In this document: positions 15,326 through 20,227 of the stretch, in pieces
How the letters are laid out: each line of letters begins with the position of its first letter
Numbering within the stretch: the first letter of the stretch is position 1
Source: Pseudobacteriovorax sp.
Lineage (GTDB): Bacteria; Bdellovibrionota_B; Oligoflexia; Oligoflexales; Oligoflexaceae
Length of the DNA: 20,227 bases
Direction: 5' to 3'
Assembly (NCBI GenBank): GCA_050293845.1
Contig: JBNKNM010000090.1
Coordinates: 1 to 20,227 of the forward strand
The notes under the pieces: model-generated
The model's input: only the letters and a program-made list of their open reading frames with translations
Told to the model about the DNA's origin: nothing
Database searches by the model: none
Program-made: the position numbers and the translations under genes

Positions 15326-17001
15326 CTTTTGATAGAAAAACTGTCGTATTTATTGCCTTAACTTTTTTTGGAATTTCAGCATACCAATTCTACCTACAGA
15401 AAAAGTATCCTGACTACTATGCAGGAAAGCATGCCCAAGCTATCCAGGAAGAAATGGAGGAGTCGCAAACTGAAAAGGCAATCGTGTCCGATCAAAAAGG
15501 GCCTTTGTCTTCCCACACAACCTTAAATCGGGACACCGCTCCTGCTGGGAATAAGACTACTGCTTCTGAACAGGTCCCAACCCTTAGCTCTACCGATTTA
15601 CGTATCGAAACGGCTAACCGTATTTTCACATTTGATCAAAATACTTCAACCATTTTAGGTATTAAGCTAAAAGATTATTTTGTGGACAAAGAGCGCAGCA
15701 TCATGGTTGATGTGCTCGATAGTCCGATGGTGGTACAGGGCTCTACCAATCCGCTACGCAAAGACATCAAGTCAGGCTATCGGGGTGAACGTCAGGGGAA
15801 CACCTTAAGATTTAGTAAGGAACTTGACGATTTTCATGTGGAGCAGGTTTTCAAGGTGCCCGCTTTAGGATATGGCATCGAGATTCTGTTCAATTTCACC
15901 AATATATCGGACAAAAGGGTTGAGTTAGATGCGGGAATGCTGGCTCTTCAGGAGGTCCATATTCCTAAGGGCTCTGGTGGATTCGGACCAAGTGCGATGA
16001 TGGCCATGCAGAAGTCTTTTATCTACTCTATTGAGGGATCACGAGAGGAGGAGGTGGCCAAGAGCCACTGTGAGGAACCTGATGAGTTAGCTTTTAATCT
16101 CAATAACGAGAATGTGGATTTCATTGGTTTTGATAATCACTACTTCTTAGCAGTTTTGCACCCGCTGGGGCAGAAAATGAACTTTCGTATGGGAGCGACG
16201 CGGGCTATGGTTGGTGATATTTGTCCCGTTGCCCTTGTGGCCAGCCAGCAGCAAGGATTTTTAGACCCAGGACAAAAAGTCTCGTTGAGGTTTTCTGGCT
16301 ATTTTGGGCCGAAAGACCTGAAAATACTTGAGGCTCACGAACCAGAATTTGTTAATACTGTGAAGTTTGGTTGGTTTTCGATCATTGCTAAGCCTTTATT
16401 ACAGGTTGTGAAGTTTGTCTACGGATATTTGCATAATTATGGCTTGGCGATCATGCTGGTGACCTTGATACTTAAGGTCCTCTTTTTTCCTCTGACAAGA
16501 GCGGCTGCTGTCTCCATGAAGAAGATGCAGAAATTGCAGCCCGAGATGAATCGTTTGCGTGAAAAATACAGCGGCGATCCCCAGCGTCAGCAGAAAGAGC
16601 TGATGGCTTTTATGGGTAAACACAAGGTGAACCCAGCTAAGGGTTGCTTACCAATTTTACCACAAATACCGGTTTTTATAGCCTTTTATAATGTTCTTTC
16701 CCAGGCTATCGAACTGCGTCATGCTCCATTTTTTGGATGGATAACAGATCTGTCTAAAGCAGATCCTTATTATATAACTCCACTTTTGCTGGGAGTGGGT
16801 ATGTTCCTCCAGCAAAAACTGACTCCCAACCCCGGTATGGATAAGAATCAGGCAAAGATCATGCTCATGATGCCAGTGATATTTACTGTGATGATGCTGT
16901 CGTTACCGGCAGGTATGGTATTATATATGATAACGAATACAGTCGTATCCATTCTTCAGCAGCAGTGGCTCAATCGTAAACTAGACAAGCAGTTTGGTTA
17001 G
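15322..17001 (+). CDS. yidC: Membrane protein insertase YidC
   Basis: N-terminal TM segment, large periplasmic domain, YFGPK, FGWFSIIAKPL, NYGLAIMLVT, KMQKLQP, NPAKGCLP, WITDLSKADPYYI and LPAGMVLY. ATGA overlap with the yidD stop. Confidence 0.97.
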   Translation: MTFDRKTVVFIALTFFGISAYQFYLQKKYPDYYAGKHAQAIQEEMEESQTEKAIVSDQKGPLSSHTTLNRDTAPAGNKTTASEQVPTLSSTDLRIETANRIFTFDQNTSTILGIKLKDYFVDKERSIMVDVLDSPMVVQGSTNPLRKDIKSGYRGERQGNTLRFSKELDDFHVEQVFKVPALGYGIEILFNFTNISDKRVELDAGMLALQEVHIPKGSGGFGPSAMMAMQKSFIYSIEGSREEEVAKSHCEEPDELAFNLNNENVDFIGFDNHYFLAVLHPLGQKMNFRMGATRAMVGDICPVALVASQQQGFLDPGQKVSLRFSGYFGPKDLKILEAHEPEFVNTVKFGWFSIIAKPLLQVVKFVYGYLHNYGLAIMLVTLILKVLFFPLTRAAAVSMKKMQKLQPEMNRLREKYSGDPQRQQKELMAFMGKHKVNPAKGCLPILPQIPVFIAFYNVLSQAIELRHAPFFGWITDLSKADPYYITPLLLGVGMFLQQKLTPNPGMDKNQAKIMLMMPVIFTVMMLSLPAGMVLYMITNTVVSILQQQWLNRKLDKQFG

Positions 17002-17085
17002 TAGCCTGCAATGGAAGAGAGTGCGATGTGTATTTTAAAAAAAGTAAAATGCTGGAATAGACAGTCCGTCAAATAGGAGAATTAG

Positions 17086-17835
17086 ATGCAGAATAGGACG
17101 ACACCAGAAGTTCGTGTGACAGCAAAAACAACAGATATTGCATTGAAGGAAGCGGCTTCATTACTCAAGGCACAGCCCAGCGATATAGATTACCGTGTGG
17201 TTTCACAAACAAATGGAGGCTTCTTTTCCTTTTTGGCAAAAAAGGTTGAAATTGCTGCGTGGATTAAGGGCAAAACTATCACCGGTGCGATGAGGAAGAA
17301 TGGGGCCGAGCTGGATAATGAGGAACTCAGTCCCAGTGAGATGAAAAGCCTTACTGAGGATCTGAGAAAATTTTGCGCGGGGCTCTGTGAGCGCATGAGC
17401 TGCCAAGAAGTTAAAGTGACAGCGGAGTTAGAAGACCAAAGGCTTATCCTGAATATAGAAGATGAGTTTATGTCGGTACAGATTGCCAAGAACTCTAAGC
17501 TAGCTGAGTCCTTGGAACACATTTTAAGAAAAAAACCACGGCATCTAAAGAGGGAATTACCATTTCGCATTTTTGTTGATGTCAAAGGGGTAAGGCGTAA
17601 CCGAGAGAATGATTTAGTCGAACTTGCTCGTGACCTCTCGGAAAAGGTCCACGAAAATAAACGTCCCATCGTTCTCAACTACAAAAGCTCATACGATAGA
17701 AAAATTATTCATATGGCTCTCGATAAAGATGAGCGCGTTTATACTAAGTCCATAGGAACCGGCCCTAATCGCAAGTTAATGATACTGCCTATCAAGAAAA
17801 AGGAAGGTGCTCAGGAGCATCATGAGCAGTACTAA
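17086..17835 (+). CDS. jag: Jag/KhpB/EloR family RNA-binding protein (Jag_N, KH-like, R3H)
   Basis: Jag_N (TAKTTDIALKEA...GGFFSF), IFVDVKGVR and R3H SYDRKIIHMAL...TKSIGTGPNRKLMI. Located between yidC and mnmE. Confidence 0.9.
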   Translation: MQNRTTPEVRVTAKTTDIALKEAASLLKAQPSDIDYRVVSQTNGGFFSFLAKKVEIAAWIKGKTITGAMRKNGAELDNEELSPSEMKSLTEDLRKFCAGLCERMSCQEVKVTAELEDQRLILNIEDEFMSVQIAKNSKLAESLEHILRKKPRHLKRELPFRIFVDVKGVRRNRENDLVELARDLSEKVHENKRPIVLNYKSSYDRKIIHMALDKDERVYTKSIGTGPNRKLMILPIKKKEGAQEHHEQY

Positions 17836-19243
17836 GGTGCTAGACCTTAAACAAGCAGCAAAGAAAAGCCCGGCGTCAGCTGGGCTTTGCTATAAAGAGC
17901 AAACTATTGCGGCTTTGGCATCCGGGCGTGGTGGTGCTGTTGCTATTATTAGAGTTTCAGGGCCGCAGGCCTTCTATCTACTAGCCTGCTGTATTAGTCC
18001 ACAGAAAACAGCAGCCTTACGCACCATGCTGCTTGCAAAATTTATAGACCCCGCTACGAAACAGGTTATCGATGAACTGATGTATTGCCTGTTTCAGGGA
18101 CCTCACTCGTTTACGGGGGAGGATTCGGTAGAGTTATATTGCCACGGTAGTCCATACGTTATACAAAGAATAATGCAGGCACTTTACAGTCTTGGTTGTC
18201 GGGCCGCAGACCCTGGGGAATTTACCAAGAGAGCCTTTCTCAACGGTAAGATGGACCTTACGGCAGCTGAAGGGATCAAACAACTGGTGGAAGCCAGTTC
18301 CCACCAGCAATGGCAAGCGGCGCGACAGTTAGCTACGGGCTCTCTTTTTGCGTTCATTGACGACCTGAGAAAAGAGCTTATTGGGGCTATGGCTTATTTG
18401 GAGGCTCGCATAGATTTTCCCGATGAGGGGGATACCCAGGGGGTGGCGCTGAGTCACGTAGAGCAAAGAGTGCGTCAAGTTGCAAAGAAAATCAATCGTT
18501 TACTATACCGTTATGATTCTGGCAGAATTGCTAGTTCTGGCTTACGTATAGCTATCATAGGGGCGCCCAATATGGGTAAATCTTCGCTCCTCAATCTGTT
18601 GCTTGGTAAAGATCGCGCCATCGTAACAGCTAAGGCAGGTACTACAAGGGACTACATTGAAGAAAGCTGCCTCATTCAAGGCCGTTTGGTTTGTCTGATC
18701 GATACCGCTGGAATGCGAGATGCTGCTGAAGAGGTCGAGAAAATAGGCGTATCCCATGCTAAGAAACTGGCAGCCGAGGCGGACTTAGTTTTGGCTTTAA
18801 GCAGCGTTGACTCAGATCCCCAAGAGGAGCTCTATGTGCACTCTATTATGAGCACGATAGGCCCTCAGAAATCAATTAAAGTTCTCAATAAAATTGACTT
18901 GTTATGCGGTAAGCCGCAAGGTGAGCGCGGTGCTTTTGCCATTTCCTGTCATCAATCGCTGGGAATAGACGAGCTGAAAGCTGAAATTGCGAAGCGGGTC
19001 GATGAATCAGTTGGTCATCTGGAAGAAGAGCCATTTGTTACGTCAACTAGACATAAACAAGCTCTTCTAGACAGTCAAAACTACCTTGATCAATTTTTTG
19101 AAGGGGTAAGTAATGGACTATACGAGGAAATGTTAGCATTTGAGCTGCAGCATGTGGTGCGCAGCTTAGGGAGTATTATTGGAGAAGTAGAACATGATGA
19201 CTTACTAGAGCGTATATTTTCAGAGTTTTGTGTGGGAAAATAG
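17822..19243 (+). CDS. mnmE: tRNA uridine-5-carboxymethylaminomethyl modification GTPase MnmE
   Basis: TIAALAS, IIRVSG, PHSFTGED, GEFTKRAFLNGK, G1 GAPNMGKSS, GTTRD, DTAG, NKID and C-terminal FCVGK. ATG 17822 follows AGGAG. Confidence 0.97.
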   Translation: MSSTKVLDLKQAAKKSPASAGLCYKEQTIAALASGRGGAVAIIRVSGPQAFYLLACCISPQKTAALRTMLLAKFIDPATKQVIDELMYCLFQGPHSFTGEDSVELYCHGSPYVIQRIMQALYSLGCRAADPGEFTKRAFLNGKMDLTAAEGIKQLVEASSHQQWQAARQLATGSLFAFIDDLRKELIGAMAYLEARIDFPDEGDTQGVALSHVEQRVRQVAKKINRLLYRYDSGRIASSGLRIAIIGAPNMGKSSLLNLLLGKDRAIVTAKAGTTRDYIEESCLIQGRLVCLIDTAGMRDAAEEVEKIGVSHAKKLAAEADLVLALSSVDSDPQEELYVHSIMSTIGPQKSIKVLNKIDLLCGKPQGERGAFAISCHQSLGIDELKAEIAKRVDESVGHLEEEPFVTSTRHKQALLDSQNYLDQFFEGVSNGLYEEMLAFELQHVVRSLGSIIGEVEHDDLLERIFSEFCVGK

Positions 19244-19252
19244 TAAAAATAC

Positions 19253-19279
19253 TAAAGTTTTTGGCACATATACCGAAAT
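19253..19279 (+). promoter_or_regulatory. Putative sigma28 (FliA)-type promoter
   Basis: TAAAGTTT (19253-60), N11, ACCGAAAT (19272-79), compared with the consensus TAAAGTTT-N11-GCCGATAA. Confidence 0.5.
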
Positions 19280-19300
19280 ACGAAAGTGTAGTCGCTCATG

Positions 19301-19330
19301 AGCTAATCCAATTTTCCTAGTGGATTAGCT
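19301..19330. repeat. Perfect 10-bp inverted repeat (terminator or operator)
   Basis: AGCTAATCCA-N10-TGGATTAGCT between mnmE and the ALDH-like gene. The downstream U tract is poor (TCTAAATTTT). Confidence 0.7.
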
Positions 19331-19400
19331 TCTAAATTTTCTAGGTTGAGAGTTATAATTAGTGTAACAGTCCATTTTCGAACCGTTTTGGGAGGTGCAC

Positions 19401-20227
19401 ATGAGTCTGGAATTTCTCAGCCAAAGCCTCAAGCAAAAAGCCTTTCCCATACCTTTTGGCGGTCATTGGGTCGGGGGTGAGTGGGTCAATGATCCACGAG
19501 CACAGTCAATCGGTGCGTCCATTAACCCTAGCCATGATGAAGTGCTTATGGAGGTGAGCCTTAGTAAGTTCATCACCGATCAGGCTATCGACGCTGCCGA
19601 AGCAGCTTTGAAACCCCTTGCTGTATGTAGGTTAGATGAAAGAATTCACTTTATTGAGCAGTTTCGCCATTTGGTAGCTGATTATGAAAAAATTATTGTG
19701 GAAACATTGACCATTGAGGCTGGCAAGCCTTTATGGGAAGCGCAGCACGACTTTAATGCAGCAATTAGGCTGCTGGATCAAGTGCTGTGTGAAAAAGAAC
19801 AAATTATCGAAAAAGTATGCCACCAATATGCTGTGGGGCATAGCCCAGCCGCATATTCGTTGCTCCCCTTAGGGATTGTAAGTATTTTCCAAACCTTTTC
19901 GACTCCTCTCAATTGTGTCGTACAATCTCTCGCTGCTGGGCTTATTGCTGCTTGTCCCCTTATCGTGATGTCTTCAACCCATGCGGCTTTAATGGGCCGT
20001 ATTGTGAGTTGCATTTTAGAGAAAATTGACCTTCCTAAAGGATCTATCAATCTTCTCTTTGGGAACTACAAGTATTTCTCAAAATCCTTACAGGATAGAC
20101 GCATCAAGGGGGTTGTTTATTCGGGGTCCCGAGAGCATTGCGATACTATCCGCAATGACTACGCTAACAGCCTAGGCCGCCAGCTCATGCTGCAATCAGG
20201 GGGCAAAAATTCGCTGATTATCCATGA
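19401..20227 (+). CDS. Aldehyde dehydrogenase-fold protein (AstD-like), catalytic motifs degenerate; 3'-truncated by the window edge
   Basis: Manually translated, open from ATG 19401 (GGAGGT SD) to the window end: WVGGEWV, SINPS, DQAIDAAEAA, EAGKPLWEA, PLGIVSIF, LPKGSINLLFG, VVYSGS and LQSGGKNSLII. Confidence 0.88.
   Translation, partial: MSLEFLSQSLKQKAFPIPFGGHWVGGEWVNDPRAQSIGASINPSHDEVLMEVSLSKFITDQAIDAAEAALKPLAVCRLDERIHFIEQFRHLVADYEKIIVETLTIEAGKPLWEAQHDFNAAIRLLDQVLCEKEQIIEKVCHQYAVGHSPAAYSLLPLGIVSIFQTFSTPLNCVVQSLAAGLIAACPLIVMSSTHAALMGRIVSCILEKIDLPKGSINLLFGNYKYFSKSLQDRRIKGVVYSGSREHCDTIRNDYANSLGRQLMLQSGGKNSLIIH

Noticed and set aside
19261..19277. Sigma54 promoter (TTGGCAC)
   Set aside because: The -24 element matches but the -12 position reads CCGA rather than TTGC. 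The sigma28 reading fits better.
345..20050. Many short ORFs in the track that overlap known genes (e.g. 345-644, 4207-4713, 14659-14982, 17190-17678, 19778-20050)
   Set aside because: They are antisense or out-of-frame shadows of well-supported genes, with no recognisable motifs.

Overview
Core chromosomal region of a roughly 44% GC bacterium. The protein sequences look most like Oligoflexia/Bdellovibrionota, but this is an inference. From left to right: 3' part of mutS; dksA-like gene; a minus-strand run of glmU (short), glmS, uvrD/pcrA, ftsB-like and a TPR-like lipoprotein; an S8 subtilase lipoprotein; a Nfu-domain protein and a HEAT-repeat protein; a minus-strand operon of a hypothetical secreted 4-repeat protein, alr and a VOC protein; the rpmH-rnpA-yidD-yidC-jag-mnmE cluster; and the 5' part of an aldehyde-dehydrogenase-fold gene that is missing from the ORF track. 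I saw no mobile element, CRISPR array or tRNA/rRNA, and I cannot claim a complete new system. The notable signals are: (i) a GlmU that ends before its acetyltransferase site; (ii) an ALDH homologue that has lost the oxyanion Asn, NAD-binding Lys and general-base Glu, behind a sigma28-like promoter; (iii) an unannotated four-fold Cys-paired repeat protein in the usual dnaA position; (iv) a structured rpmH leader; (v) a hairpin train after dksA; (vi) motif-variant proteins (Glu-His-Ser subtilase, zinc-free DksA, Jag with no GxxG, possible HicB-like/Nfu fusion). All motif comparisons and RNA folds were done by eye.
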